A stretch of 64,000 nt of DNA from contig OZ210885.1 of NCBI GenBank assembly GCA_964658305.1, positions 12,958,001 through 13,022,000 on the forward strand, in the 5' to 3' direction. This document shows positions 1 to 13,254 of the stretch, piece after piece; the stretch's first letter is position 1; every line of letters starts with the position of its first letter. Under the pieces are notes generated by a model, which was given only the letters and a program-made list of their open reading frames with translations, was not told the origin of the DNA and did not search any database. Made by a program: the position numbers and the translations under genes. Source of the stretch: Leptogorgia sarmentosa. Lineage: Eukaryota.

Positions 1-289
1 GCAGACAACACTACATACCACCAAAGAGCTAAACACCGTGGCCTAGCTCCATCTTTTCGAGATATTCCTGAGAAGGCACAGAAGGGTCAAACGCTACTGA
101 ATTTCAAAGTAGATGACGGAAAGCGTCAGGTAAGAATTTATAGATGACAATGCATTGATCAGTCAATTCCAGCTGTGCCCCCCTCCCGGGACCCCCCGGA
201 TATTTGTACTTTTTAAAAATTTTAATGTTTAAAGCCTTAATGTTTAAAACTAATAGGGACAAGGTCAAGATCATGAAAATGAGTTTGGA

Positions 290-2870
290 TTGCAAGGTTC
301 CGAAATGTGTGTTGAATCAGTTGATGATCCCCAGACTGAACAATGTCACATAGAATGTGGAGAGACGGACGTGAATGCAACTGTAAACAGCCAATCAGAT
401 GAAGTTACTAGTTTGGTGATCGATCCCCAAATTGAATTTCCAATTCTTGAAAGACAACAATATTGCTCTGTATCATCACCGGAAATGCATGTTGATGTTT
501 CGCAGGAAATACTGGAATTGATTGAATCCACAACTGATGACAACCAAGTGTTTGCCCAGCAGTCACACGAAAATATTGAAAAGATACCGGCAACTAAACA
601 GGATCTTCCCGTTAAACCCCTGTCCGAATTATTCTTCGAGTGTTTGGGCCAGCTGCGTCATTGCTCAGGCAAAATCATTAATTTAGTCACAGGTGCAACA
701 AACGGCGCTGTAATTCACTATGAATCTGCTTTCATGGAGGTCAAAGATACTTGTAAAGAGGTACTAGCTCTAACACAGCAAGCTCATGATGTGGCTGAAA
801 TGCAACTGGAAGCAATAGCCGATATCTCTGATGAATCATTTGGCACATCAGATTCAGAACATGAAACACTTGTTGAACATGATCCAGCAAAACGGCCAGA
901 AAAATTAACAGAATCCCAGATTAAGTATCTGATCCATATTGGTCCGTGTCAACCTAAATTGTCTGTGTATACGAAAAACGATGATCTAGCGAAGAAAAGG
1001 AAACAATGTTCTTTTTGTCCAACGTGGTATAAAGATTATCCCTACCTGGAGTACAGCATAGCAGAAAATAAAGCCTTCTGTTATGTTTGCAGCTTGTTTG
1101 CAAGAGGTTTGGGGCGAGAAAAAGCCGAATCTGCATGGATTGCTGGAATTGATGATTGGTCAAAAATGAAGGGAAGCCGCGGAAAAGATAAGATGGGAAA
1201 ACTAGAGACGCATTTTGGCAGTGCGGCTCATGCATCCGCACTTCAGGACTACCTCCATTTCGTCCGTGACGACAATCACGTTGATAAGTTGCTCACTAGG
1301 GAAGAACGGGAAAGGATGGTCGAGTTGGAGAAGGAACGCGTTGAAAATCGAGAGGTGGTTGAGATTTTGATTGATGTTGTCCTCGTTCTCACAAGAAACG
1401 GCCTCGCCCTTCGTGGTTCGGAATCATCTGGCAATTATGGTGATGGAAATTTCTGTGAGATTGTTAATTTGATTGCTCGTCATAATCCAGTTATGAAGTC
1501 CTGGCTGGCAAATCGTAGCGGGAGAAAATATCGCACTACCTATATGAGTCCGCACAGTCAAAACGAATTTATTTCTTTGTTGGGGGAAGAGATTCAAGAA
1601 ATAATTAGAGAGAAAGTCAAGAAATCAGGATATTGTTCCGTAATGGCCGACACTACTCCAGATGTAAGTCATGCAGATCAATTATCGGTGGCGGTACGAT
1701 TTGTAGACCCTGATTCTTTGAAACCCGAAGAGCATTTGATATGCATTAAAGAGACTCATGATAAAACAGGTGAGGGACAAGCGAAAGATATTGTAGATTG
1801 TCTAAAGAGCGCAGATGTACCACTCTCTACAGTTTCAGACGTATGACTCAACATCCAGTATGTCAGGTGTTCACAACGGGGCCCAGCGAAAATTAAGCGA
1901 AATTCTACAGCGTACTGTACCATATACGAAATGTGTACCACATGGCGTCAATCTTGTCATAGAGCATGGTTGCAAGGCATCATCATTGATCGCTAAAGTA
2001 TTTGACGTTCTGGAACAACTGTTTGTCTTTTTCACCAAAAGCACAAAGCGTAATAAGGAACTGTTGGACAAACTGGAGGAAGTTGAAAATGTATTGATGC
2101 TTCGCAACCTTTCAAAAACTAGATGGGCAGCACGAGCGGAATCTGTACAAGCTGTTTGGCGTAGCCTTGAAGCTATTCTTGACGCACTCGTGTGTCTAGA
2201 GGATTCGAAAGACCAAGAAACGAAAACAAAGGCGTCTGGTCTTCTCAACTCTGTGCGCAACATCGATTTCATATGTGGGCTTATGATATTGAAGAATATC
2301 ATGCAGAAAGCAAAGATGTTGTCCGATTACCTACAAGGTGAAACCATTACTGTTGCGGGTGCACTGATTGCCTTACGATCAACCGACGCAATTTTGACAA
2401 GGATTCGCGCCAACGATAATGAAATCAACAACGAAATCGAAGCTGCGATAATAGTTGCAAGAAATCTTGGAACGGACCCAGATGATTTCCAAAGGCTACA
2501 CCGATTAAGAAGACCGTCACGCCGCTTGGACGACAATCCAGCGACAGCAACGCCAGTACTCGGGGATATAACATTCTTCTACAGATGTGAGTTTTTTAGG
2601 TTTATCGATTCCCTTATTTCAACCTTGGGAGAGAAGTACCAATCTCTCGCGAACGTCTTTCAGCCATTTTTGAAAGTCATTGATCCCAAGGTTCCAGGCA
2701 ACCTCGAAGATATCAAGACACTGGTCGCGTCGTTACCCTCTGTATTTTCATCAGACGCCTCTACAACCCTGTACAATGAATTCAAAGTCTTCTTTCAGTA
2801 CCTCGACGAGCAAAGAAACCGTGGGAATTTTGATGAAGGTGCGTTCGTGCATCGTTTGGCCTTGATTTAG
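290..2870 (+). pseudogene. hAT-superfamily (ZMYM1/DUF4371-like) transposase, frameshifted at ~1830 and 3'-truncated
   Basis: ORFs 290-1846 and 1815-2870 show a TTF-type Zn finger (SFCPTWYKDYPYLEYS...FCYVC...H), DUF4371-like LALRG...GNF...YMSPHSQNEFI, catalytic D motifs SVMADTTPD and QTYDSTSSMSG, CxxH (CVPH) and TRW. The C-terminal hATC domain is absent because the ORF runs into an unrelated repeat at ~2843. Confidence 0.9.
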
Positions 2871-5620
2871 GAAGCAGTACTCTTCGTGTTCGTGCCTGTT
2901 TGCGGGGCCCTCTAGGGGGTAACGCTAAGGCGGTGGTCTTTATTTCCAACCTTGCTGCGTGCTTCTGTTGTCAGGTTGAGGTGCTTGACTGAAACCTGAC
3001 GTCTCAGTTCCTCTTATCTTTTGTCCGTGTATTGAGAAATTAGATCCTCGTTCGCCACGCATAGTGTGGGCCATAGCGTACTCAGCCAATAAGTTGTTTC
3101 GAGACTGGGATCTCGTTTAAGGTTACATTAGGAGTAATACATAGTATTATTGTTGAGATGCACACAGTTTTTTCAGTATTAAAAATTATTAGTTTCTTTT
3201 CGAGACTGGGATCTCGTTTAAGCTTACATTAGGATAGTCACGCGGATACGAACGTGAGGAAGGCTTTAATCCATCTTACTATAGCTGAGCGTACGTTCAA
3301 TTTTTGCAACTCGGCGATTATAGACTAGTGTGATGATCGACTAAGTCGAATTTACTATAATACGGAAAGAATGCTCCGATTCAAACGTGTAAAAAATACT
3401 CAAAACTTCCAACCTTATAAGGCGAATATATTGAATTTTTCTCTTACCAGGGCAATGCCCTCGTAGCTTTGGCTACTGGCTTTACATTGCTTAGCCTCCT
3501 TTTAGAAAATTTACAAAATTTGAGATGTATAAGCTCCAGGAACATAATTCAAGCTCTGAAAATGAAATGCAGTTTTTATCTCCCGTTTACCGAGGACATA
3601 CTGTAACATGACGCCACTCTCACAGCGCTTCATTTCAATCGAACGTTTCAATCCGCTTTACACGAATTGCAAAATAAAAAGGATGGGGCTCATTAACAAC
3701 TTGAAAACATGGTTGGATAATAACTGACGCTTTTGGGATCTTGGCTCAATTTCTCACAAAACCTGTGAGATCAAGCAGTTGAAATTTGAATTCAGTCACA
3801 ATTCAGTTATAAAGCTGCGTTTAAAACACCAAAACCAGCATCTGTAATGCATGAGTTGCCTGGCCTCGAAACATCGAGACCAATCGGACTAATTTCCACA
3901 GAATTTATTTCATATCAATACTAAACTTCCTTGCATTAAAATTAAGATCATGCTTGATCATAAAATTGGCGGATTCGGAATCATTATTCTTGTACTCCAT
4001 CGGAGGATTTCCTAATCCGGCGTCGACTCGAACGGGTTTTAACATCGAGTTTTTCATCTCATTTGCCTAAAAAACAGGAAAATACACATACTCGAATGTA
4101 AATGAATATATTTTTCTTTCCGCGATCACATTGAACAATCCAGCATTTGTTGAGTTTTCTATTGCATGCTATTAGAAAGTATTTTTGATAGTAGTATTTA
4201 AAATTTTAGCACAATTGGTAGCTATAAATCGTAAAGTGGCCTTAAAACCTTTAAGGGTGAAGACATGCAAATTAGCGACATACTTTTGACAAATACGGTG
4301 AACTATATAGATCTTGCATCGAGTGATGGCTGATGATATCTTTTTGTTGTAAACTCAAATTGTTCATTTCTAATATATAGAAGTTTACCATCCATTAATT
4401 AATAGTATTTAAATATGACAAGTTTCGGCGTCAAATGCACACAATATTTTTGTCCTACTGTCCTACTGACCTCCAAGCCGCTGACCGTGCATCCGCCCGG
4501 CCTTCAAAGAGGAAATCCAACATCTCCGGCTTCACTGCATCCTTCAACTGCATGAACGATTTCGTTGTTCTCCATTTCCGTGATCTTTTTGGATGGTGGT
4601 TAGTCCTTCGTATCATTGTTCACCAGAATGAATGCAGTCGTGGTGAGGAGTGCGGGTGCGAAATAGCCAATGGAACTGCCAACCAAGATTGCCTTGTTTC
4701 GGAAAAATGTTAGGACGTCTCTTGGAAAAAGGCTTGAATAGGAATAGTGTTTTCTCGAAACGCGCCTTTCAAGGGATGTCCAAGTACTTTCGTGCTGTCG
4801 AGCGACTTTTGTCAAAGGATTAAAATAAAAAACACAATCGTATTGTCCGATATTTAATACGAGTAAATTGTAATTAACTGAAACAATATATACAAATGAA
4901 AACAACCTAAGTTCAAAAATAATTTCAATACTAAGTCTAAATGTGACCTTCCATGAGATTTCATACGTTAACGATTTTTCGTTGAAACGGCAAAACAAAC
5001 GGTAAACGAACGGATAGCAAACGCTTTGTGTAAACGTTTCAACGATCTTTCAAAACGTTCGAACGATATCGGCAAAAAAATTTAACGGGAAAATCCCAAA
5101 AATTTTAACGGTTTGAAAAACGTTTTCGTGAAGCCGTTCAAACGGTATACTTTGAAACGTTTATCGACACAGTCATTCAGTCAAACGCTTTTGTGAGCAA
5201 GCTTTAAAACTTAACAATTGCAAATGGCAACAACATTGCCACAATATTTAGCTATATAACTCAGTAGTACTATACCGCCTATATGGCGCCGGAAGTAAAT
5301 AGTATGCAGAAGTGTGTCCAAGATAGCGCCGGAAGTAAATAGTATGCAGTGCGCGCTGGAAGTAAATAGTATGCATTAGGAATATAGCGGAAAAAGTAAT
5401 TAATATGCGCGCCAGAGGTAATTAATATACGGGAGCGAGTAATTAGTATCGGTGTATTATTAACATTTTCAAAAAATATTTACAGTTAAATGGAGTGCCA
5501 GAGGCATCCACAGAGTGTAATTTCACCGCACTCAATGCAAAAATTGAAAGTTAATCGATTGAATATTTCTTTTACAATGTCTACGGATTTTTTGTGCACA
5601 TGTGTCCCGCAGCAGTTGGT

Positions 5621-6370
5621 TTATTGCGGCTCTTCGTCTTCGTTTTCAAACACAACCAGCATATTCCGTACGTGCTCGCTGTTCGTTCGTGCATCGTTTG
5701 GCCTTGATTTTGGCAGCAGTACCCTTCGTGTTCGTGCCTGTTTGCGGGGCCCTCTAGGTGGTAACGCTAAGGCGGTGGTCTTTACTTCCAACCTTGCTGC
5801 GTGCTTCTGTTGTACAGCCATGTCGATAGAGTTTACTTTTCTTTTCTTCAATACGTCATCATTCTGCACAGGAATATTTTTTCTCTTACCAGGGGAAGGC
5901 CTTCGTGGCTTGGCTACCGGCTTTACATTGCTTAGCCTCCTTTTCAATTGTTTTAGCACAGCACCCTATACAAAATTTGAGATGTATAAGCTCCAGAAAC
6001 ATAATTCAAGCTCACTGAAAAACCATGAATGCTGCAGTTGATGATCAAGTACAATATGCATTTTGCCATGGAAACCATGAGACATTTTTATTACAGTGGT
6101 TCAGCATATACCATTAATTAATAGACACAATCCCATTGCACCTAACAGTCTAGAACATAATATTCAGTATGTGGCTTAAAGGTTGTTACTTACATGGCCG
6201 GTTTCTTCATCATTGAGACAAGGATACTTCCGAATGAGCATCCTTGCCATTGCTTCTAACTCCCCCCCTTCGGGGAAGCGATTAAATGGTGCTGAGGAAG
6301 CGGCCGACACCATGTTGTTGATTGTGCCACGTATTAGCCGCTCCCTCAGCTTTTTTTTCCAACTTTCCAT
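5621..6370 (-). CDS. Two-exon fragment of a transposon-associated SAMD3-like protein
   Basis: Exon 6370-6194 (...FPEGGELEAMARMLIRKYPCLNDEETGH), GTAAGT donor, phase-0 intron 6193-5966, TAG acceptor, then exon 5965-5621 (GAVLKQLKRRLSNVK...). The [YF]P...A..LI.KYP.L...G....L....N pattern recalls SAMD3-like TE proteins. Fragments of exon 2 recur at 2843-2970, 3435-3565 and 51620-51775. Confidence 0.55.
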
Positions 6371-6519
6371 GTTTATTTATTGCTGTTTCAATTTCGACAT
6401 CACTGTAACATATGTAATGAGGTTTTTCCGTCATTCCTGAAATCGAAGAAAAATCAGTGTTATCGTCAATCATTCAATATCAATGTTATAAACACCAAAG
6501 CTTCTGAAGCATACAGTCA

Positions 6520-6900
6520 TCAGTATGGTTGGCGTCTTTCTAACTATGCGAATCATGTTGTAGTTAAAAGTTTCTCTGGTGCTACTGTTAATGACACGGA
6601 AGATTATTTAAAGCCGGTTCTTCGTAAAGAGCCAAATAAAATCATTTTGCATGCAGCAACAAAACAGAGTAGCTGAAGGTATTGCAAACCTAGGCACCCA
6701 AATTAAAGAAGAATCCCCAACAACCAGCATTGTGATCTCAAGTATATTACCAAGATCAGATAATGCAGATTTATCAACAAAAGCATTAGAAGTAAATAGA
6801 CTTACTAAATCAATTTGCTCCAAAAACAAATTATTTATATTGAACATAAAACGGTGAACAAATCATGCCTTAATTCACGTGTCTTGCATTTAAATAGTTG
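6520..6900 (+). pseudogene. SGNH esterase domain fragment of CR1/L2-type LINE ORF1
   Basis: VVKSFSGATVNDTEDYLKP...IILHAAT, then IANLGTQIKEESPTTSIVISSILPRSD...VNRLTKSIC, then CLNSRVLHLN, broken by frameshifts. Confidence 0.75.
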
Positions 6901-7072
6901 ACCTGCATCTAAGGACGAAAGCGGACTTATAACCTATTAATTAATATTATTATCGAGACGAAAGCATAAGGAAAATTGCTGATTCTTATTGGTTGCCGCT
7001 TCTGAATTTCCATGCTTGAATCAAATTGTTGGTTGCTATTGGTTGTGACGAAACGGGACGAATTCTGGCCAA

Positions 7073-7214
7073 GGCCTATACTTTATACGTCGCTGTTATG
7101 ACAAACTTTATAGCGTCAAAAATGGTAATTGAGGTGTCATACTCTTATTATCCTTGTTTGAATTGCATTTTACACGACGCAAGTTTGACATAACAGCGAC
7201 GTATAAACTAGGCC
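7073..7214. mobile_element. ~140 bp MITE (Harbinger/Tourist-like)
   Basis: ~35 bp TIRs GGCCTA..TTTATACGTCGCTGTTATG.CAAACTT and their reverse complement. Flanks CAA/TAA are a near match to a 3-bp TAA TSD. Confidence 0.7.
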
Positions 7215-7699
7215 TAAACCATGCGTATGATAGCTGCGTTCATATGTCTGCATGTTGGGTATTTCGTGAAGCGGAACTTTCAATCGATCGATTGTACCAT
7301 AGCTTACCATATAGTTATACCGACTAACAATATTCGAAAAAGGTCGTAGACATCGTCATAGTTGCGTTTCAGATAATTTCCAGAGTGAAGGAAATACTTT
7401 ATTTCAGTGAAGAAAATTTTTCAAAACAGGAGTTGTCATATTCAAATTTGTTGTTTAGTTGTTAGTTGGCAGATCGAATTGATTAATGCATAAAAAAACA
7501 CAATGACAAGATCATCAAAGTACTTAGGCTTCAAATATTTAGATTGAGTTATAGCTGAGAACGCCTTATAGTGATCATGGAGAACGAAATTGTTAATTTG
7601 AATGTTGTATTTGTTAATAATATCTTCCAAATTCTGTTTACAATCCTTACCCATATACATTAATATTATTTCCCGAGTTTATGTTCTGAATATCCGGCA

Positions 7700-8340
7700 A
7701 GAGATTTATTCAGCGAATTGGAAAAATGCGAACATCTGTTCTGGAGTCCGACAGCCGAAAGTGTGCAACCCTTTAGAGAAATAGTCCAAGATGTTGGCGC
7801 TGTAATGTCTTTGTACACTAGACAAAGCTATCCCAGAGTCCGGAATAGTACATTCAATGCAAATTGAATGAGATCAACTGCATAAATTTTTTTTGAAATC
7901 ACTTCGCGAAAAGAAGAAAAAAAGCTTGAAAGAAAGCAAAAAAATGAAAAGGATCCAACTCGCTGCTGGCGAGTCGGGACCATATCCTCTGAGCTAACGA
8001 AGCTCGACAAAATTGACGGTAAAAACCTTTTATATGAATTGATTTTGCAATACAATATATAAAGTACGCGCGGTTACTAAGCAAGTGATCCCAAAAATTT
8101 TTTTTGCCAACCGCATACGTTATCATCTCGCTATGAATGTATCCTGAAATTGCAGTGTTAAGTGCATTGTTCATGGTGAATCCAACCACGACAGACAGAG
8201 CAGTCCGTTTTGTTCTACCAATGCTGTGGACTTACTCTAGAAACTTAGATTCCCCTGGCGGAGTAGCGGCAATTGATGGGACCAGACGCGAGATACAACG
8301 ACCTCAAACGGAACCACAGCAGCAGTTCTATAGTGCCAGC
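7700..8340 (+). pseudogene. PIF/Harbinger (DDE_Tnp_4/HTH_Tnp_4-like) transposase remnant
   Basis: MYPEIAVLSALFMVNPTT (HTH-like) and GGVAAIDGTRREIQRPQTEPQQQFYS (first catalytic Asp, AIDGT motif). Heavily deleted. Confidence 0.75.
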
Positions 8341-9199
8341 GACATAAATAGAGCGCTTTGCGATTGTTTGTGAAAAATGTGGCTCTCTAAAAACCAAATT
8401 TACCTTAAATATTCCGTCCATTCATGCAGCATTTGCCTAGACGCTAAAGAGTATTTATGATCGGTATGTGTGTAGGTTCAAAACAGAATACTTGAAACTA
8501 TATCTGATTTCGTTTGTTTTGTCTCGGGCTTAATAAACGCACAAGCCCGTTTTAATACAAGCTACAAATTCTATTTTCCTGGGATTGAATGTTTCAACCA
8601 TTCTGTATGGCAAAGCGTCAAAATATAGTAGATATTCCGTGATCACAATGACACCGCGGGTCCGCGGGCAGTCCAAACATGTACAAATGTGTCAGTGCCG
8701 ACACGCTTTACTTGTAAAGGAAGCTCATATAACTATCAGGCAGTAATCAATGCTTGAAATTATATTATTATTGTAATCAACCTTATAACTGAAGATAGCT
8801 AACACTAAAACAGAAGAAGATATTTTAGACACAGTCACGAAATATGTTGCTTGAGACGTGATATGTTGCTATACAAAGAAAAATCGTTTGCTCTGTTTCG
8901 ACTTGCTGTTTCATATTTTTTAATATGAACGCCGAACGTGTAAATTTTTCAAACGACTTCATGAACGCGATTAAACGTTTTTTCCTGATCGTTCGAACGG
9001 TTTGTCAAGAATTTTATGACGATTTTGTCCGAACGTTTCAACGGCCAAATAGCAGCTCCGAACGATCTGCGAAAACGTTTTAACGAAAAGCTAAATCGTA
9101 TAAACGGTAAACGAACGGTAAACGAACGATTTTCCCGACCATTTGGCCAAAGCGTTAACGTATGAAATCCCATGGAAGGTCACATATTATTATATATTT

Positions 9200-10448
9200 A
9201 CCTGCTCGGATTCTTCACCTTCGATTCTTAGATTTCTCAGCGTAAAAGTTCACCTTTCTTTTAATTGATCTCAGCTTTGACTTTGTTTCTTAAGATCTTC
9301 CACTGCTGTACGTCTCCTAAATGGAAGGCTTTTTGGCGCTTTTTTATAAGGTCCTTGATGTACGGTGTTATCCATGGTTTATCAGTTACGTGAGTGTTCA
9401 CTTGCCTCAACGGGAAATACAGCTCAATTGCGTTCATTAGTTGCGAGGTAAGCGATTCTGCTAGATTATCAACTGTAGGGTTCAGTCCAACATCTTTAAA
9501 CCATTCATGTGTACTAACCCAACGACCAAAAGCATTAAGTGCTGGTTGTGAATAACGACGAAAAGTCCGTTTTACATTCTCGTTTTTACCGGTGTTATTA
9601 GTTTCAGCACAAACCGACAGCGGCGACCAGACTATTACATTGTGGTCAGATGTGCCAAGTGGCGCCAGGATTTCTGGGTCGCTGTAAAACCTGTGGAGGT
9701 CAGTGAGAAATAAATCAAGGATTGCGTTATTCCGTGTCGGTTTTGATACGATCTGTTTAAGGTTTTGCCTTACAGATAGAACCCTGGTATTTGATCTGTT
9801 AAATTCTCCAAGGACAAGTATGCCACAATGAGAATATCTATTGCGAACGTGATCGATAGACCATGATAAATATTCATTTAGGTCACGCTGCTCGTGTACG
9901 TTTCGATCCGGTGGGTTATATACGACACAAATGGCAATGCTTGTTAATGGCCTTGGAAGCCGACTTGGTCGCAACCATGTCCAAATACACTCGTACTGCG
10001 AGTTTTCAAGATCCAACAAGCGTTTGCTATAAATAGAATTTGAGACGTACAAGCCAACACCACCACCACGGCCACACACACGATCACGTCGGTATAAACA
10101 GAAACCAGTCACAGATAAAAGTTCGTCATCGATCTCTTTACGGAACCAGGTTTCCGTAACTGCGGCTACATCAATTTTATTAACGTCCAGAAGTACCGAA
10201 AATTCATCGATTTTCGATACAAGGGATCGAGCGTTCAATAATAAAAAACGAGGCAGCCATGAGAAATTATTATTCTGTTTTCTTGGAGTAGATTGCAAGG
10301 AAATAGGAAGGCAGTTTGTATGTGCTTTGCGTACAGGTTCTTTCCTTAAGAAGCGTTTTGTAATTCTAGTCGGTAATTGATTAAATTGCTCTGCCTCTGG
10401 TAAATTCATAATGTTGTTACTTGATGGACAAGTTATATGGCTCCGCAT
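9200..10448 (-). mobile_element. LINE (CR1/L2-like) ORF2 5' part: APE endonuclease; RT absent
   Basis: LLNARSL, VTETWF, RRDR...GGGVGLYV, VYNPP, LGEFN (degenerate GDFN), PTRNNAILDLFLT, SDHNVI, KPWIT. Mostly absent from paralog copy B. Confidence 0.9.
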
Positions 10449-10784
10449 AGGGGGAGGAAGGCGATTGGTTTTTGCATGTGGATTTTTGACTCGGTCTCCT
10501 CATTTACCTCATTTTTCTCATTTTCCCCCTGCAGCTGAACAAGTTTAGCCGCGAGACGCTTGCATTCAATCTCAGCCTAAAAATAGAACGTGTATATTAT
10601 ATATTTAGTTGAGTGAAACATTTCTTAAGATCCAGGACTCGTTCCGGTCAAAAACAGAAAAGACTGAAGCAAAATATTTTGATAAATACTGTATAGAAAT
10701 CGACAGAAATATTCATGAGAATCTTTTGTGTTGTACACGTGGGCTTTCTAATAAATCGTTCTCGATAAAAAGCGAATGCAGTGA

Positions 10785-11160
10785 TTAACAATTATTGGAT
10801 GAGGTTTTTGTGATATGCGGAATTATCAAGGTCGATGTAAGCGTTATGAGCCGAGCCGAAACCGAATTCAATAATTGTTTTATTATACATTTGAAGAATA
10901 ATAAACAATGTATTAATGCATGAAAAACTTCATTTATGAAAACATAGGCTCATTTTGTACATATTAAATTAGTTATCTGCTAGCAGATGGGGGGCAATAC
11001 TAAAACATCAATATCTCCGCTAACACTCGCACGTGATTCTGTACTTTCTGCGATCATTCTGCTAGCAGATAACTGGATTTCCTGTAGGTTGCGTGATTGC
11101 GCGATTTAACTGTAAGCTCTTAGCCAATCAGATTGCTTTTACCATCTACAATGTATAATA
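10785..11160 (+). mobile_element. Hairpin/CCAATCA-type non-autonomous element (right arm of hairpin deleted)
   Basis: Starts AACAATTATTGGATGAGG...GCCGAGCCGAA, then ACCGAATTCAATAATTGTTTTATTAT, and ends GCCAATCAG...TGTATAATA. Paralog at ~55772-56060. Confidence 0.6.
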
Positions 11161-12101
11161 ATCCACCTTGTCTGGTTGTAGAGTCGATGCTACATTAAGT
11201 CGCTGGTTCAGTGATAAACAATAAATCCTTTAATAAGTAAAAATACAACTCATACAATATAAACTTTAAATATGAACAACCGCCATATTGTTCTCGTCCC
11301 TATCCAACCATGTGTTCGCACTTTTTGGCGATTACGTCATTGTCAATAATGTCCCGTATTTATCTTAAATCGTTCGCACACTGGTCTTTGTGCATTTTCG
11401 GCCACCGAGGTTTTTAAGTGCTCAACCTGCAAATAAATAAATGTAAAATATTCAATGCGAAATCCAAGCACGTAGGTTTCTCCTCGTGTTCTGGAGACAC
11501 AAGTTTTATTGCCTATTAATTTTCAAGAAGATTGAAAATGATCTCCGCAACCTTGTTGTATTATACAAACGTAAAATACCTTCTCGTAATTTTCCAGCCT
11601 TCTTTCTATCGATTCTTTTTTCCGTAGATCCTAAAGATAATTACGAAAGAATTTTTTCACTGTGTAAAAATCTCCCACAGAACACTTGAATGAAAAAACA
11701 CAGGACACACGAACGATCCATCCAGTCACGTACTTCTTGTTTGTCAATTTCTTGTTGCATATTTTGCTCCGTCAATTTCTCTAAATAACGTAAGAAAAAG
11801 CAATCAAGTTACCATGAAGATTAAACACAACTTCAGTAACTAATCAATGATGGTATTAAGAATTAATAAAAAATCCTTACTCAACTTTTTCTTGTACCCC
11901 TCAATAATGGATTCATATTTAGCCTAAAGGAATGAAAGCATCTGATTACTTCACATCACGATATCACGGTTCATTTACAGCAACAACTAAGTCATCGGCT
12001 TCACAATTTTTAGATCAATTTCTTATAGAAATACCATAGGTAGCCCAGCGCACGCATGACGTAACATTCAGTAGTATAATATGATCATATATATCATAAT
12101 A

Positions 12102-13030
12102 TTAAACAATTATTGAACGAGGTCGAGTAGGATATGAGGAATTATTAAGGCGAGGTTTATGTTATTTGTCGAAGCCGAAGGCTGAGGCAAATAACACAAA
12201 CCCAGGCCTTAATAATTCAGCATATCCTACGAGAACCGAATTCAATAATTGTTTTATTATTTATCTGTATCTTTATCAGACTTAGGGTAAACGCATTGTA
12301 CACAAGAACTTTCTTTGAGAAAGCCATTTGTATTTTTCAGCTTTTGGCGTAAGCAGCATAAATTAGTCGACGTCATAATGTCATATAATTTTCAATATAC
12401 GACATAATTACGTCATAATGTCGTATATTTAAGAAATAGATAACGAGTCGCGTGCCATTATGCTGTTATAATGCACAAGGGAAATGTTGAGAGAATACGA
12501 GAGAATCCCGTACGCGATAATTTTACGCGATTCTCGAGTATTCTCACAACATTGCCCGAGTGCAATTATAACAGCATAATGGAAAGCGACGAGTTTTTCT
12601 ATTTCTTTTATATATATATTATAATATTTTAAAATTATTTTTAAATTATATTTTATAATATAAGAGAATATTAGCGCAACAAATAACTTCGTTAGGAAGA
12701 TCAAAATTACAATTCTCTTTACATGTAATCAAGCGTGTTCTCAAATGTTGCCAAGCAGCAACACAGCTTCATTCCTTTAGCTGAGCGAAAGCAAACAATT
12801 CAAGCCTTTTTTATGGATGTATTTTTAGTATATATGTATTTTTATTGTCTTTTTGTCAAACCAAAGAGTCGCAAGAGAAATTTAATAGCTAAATGCGTGC
12901 ATTACGCTGTTATAATGCACGCTCATTAGCCAATCACGTTGCAGATTTTACCCTACTTATATTATAAGAGGATTTATTGCACTGCTCTTAACCAATCAAA
13001 ACTCTTGAATTATTTGAAATAAATAATAAA
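12102..13030 (+). mobile_element. Hairpin/CCAATCA-type element (complete)
   Basis: ~150 bp imperfect palindrome 12104-12254 with apex GCCGAAGGC (12174-12182), followed by TTTTATTAT. Ends ACCAATCAAAA...AAATAATAAA. Confidence 0.7.
12430..12967 (+). mobile_element. Second hairpin/CCAATCA-type element nested inside the previous one
   Basis: Palindrome AAGAAATAGA...TCTATTTCTT (12431-12608), followed by TTTTATAT. Ends GCCAATCACG...TATATTATAA. Confidence 0.65.
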
Positions 13031-13254
13031 TCATATTATACTACTCGATGTTACGTCATGCGTGCGTTGGGCTACCTATGGAAATACTCCTCCAGCCGTA
13101 TTATAACAAGATATGATCTTATATCCACGTATAACATGTGCATTTATATTTAATAAAGCACCGATCGTTCTACATGTGTTGTTAGATTATTGAAAGTTTG
13201 TGCACGATGGCGTTTCAACATGAGGCTGAACGGATAATACATTAAAAAACGTAT

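Larger units (their letters stand above)
4941..9185. mobile_element. ~4.2 kb TIR DNA transposon (probably PIF/Harbinger-ISL2EU-related) carrying nested fragments
   Basis: Left ATGTGACCTTCCATGAGATTTCATACGTTAACG (4941) and right CGTTAACGTATGAAATCCCATGGAAGGTCACAT (to 9185) are inverted with one mismatch. Both ends have AAACG-rich subterminal regions. A Harbinger-like transposase remnant lies inside. No clean TSD. Confidence 0.7.
12035..13080. mobile_element. P-element-like palindromic MITE with nested insertions at its centre
   Basis: ~50 bp TIRs starting CATAGG (CANRG-type termini). 7-bp TSD GAAATAC at 12028-12034 and 13081-13087. Confidence 0.8.

Noticed and set aside
1..129. Open frame ending in a GTAAG donor with a QTLLNF motif, a possible first exon of the hAT gene
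   Set aside because: The donor is phase 0 but the nearest acceptor (AG at 295-296) needs phase 1, so the join cannot be supported.
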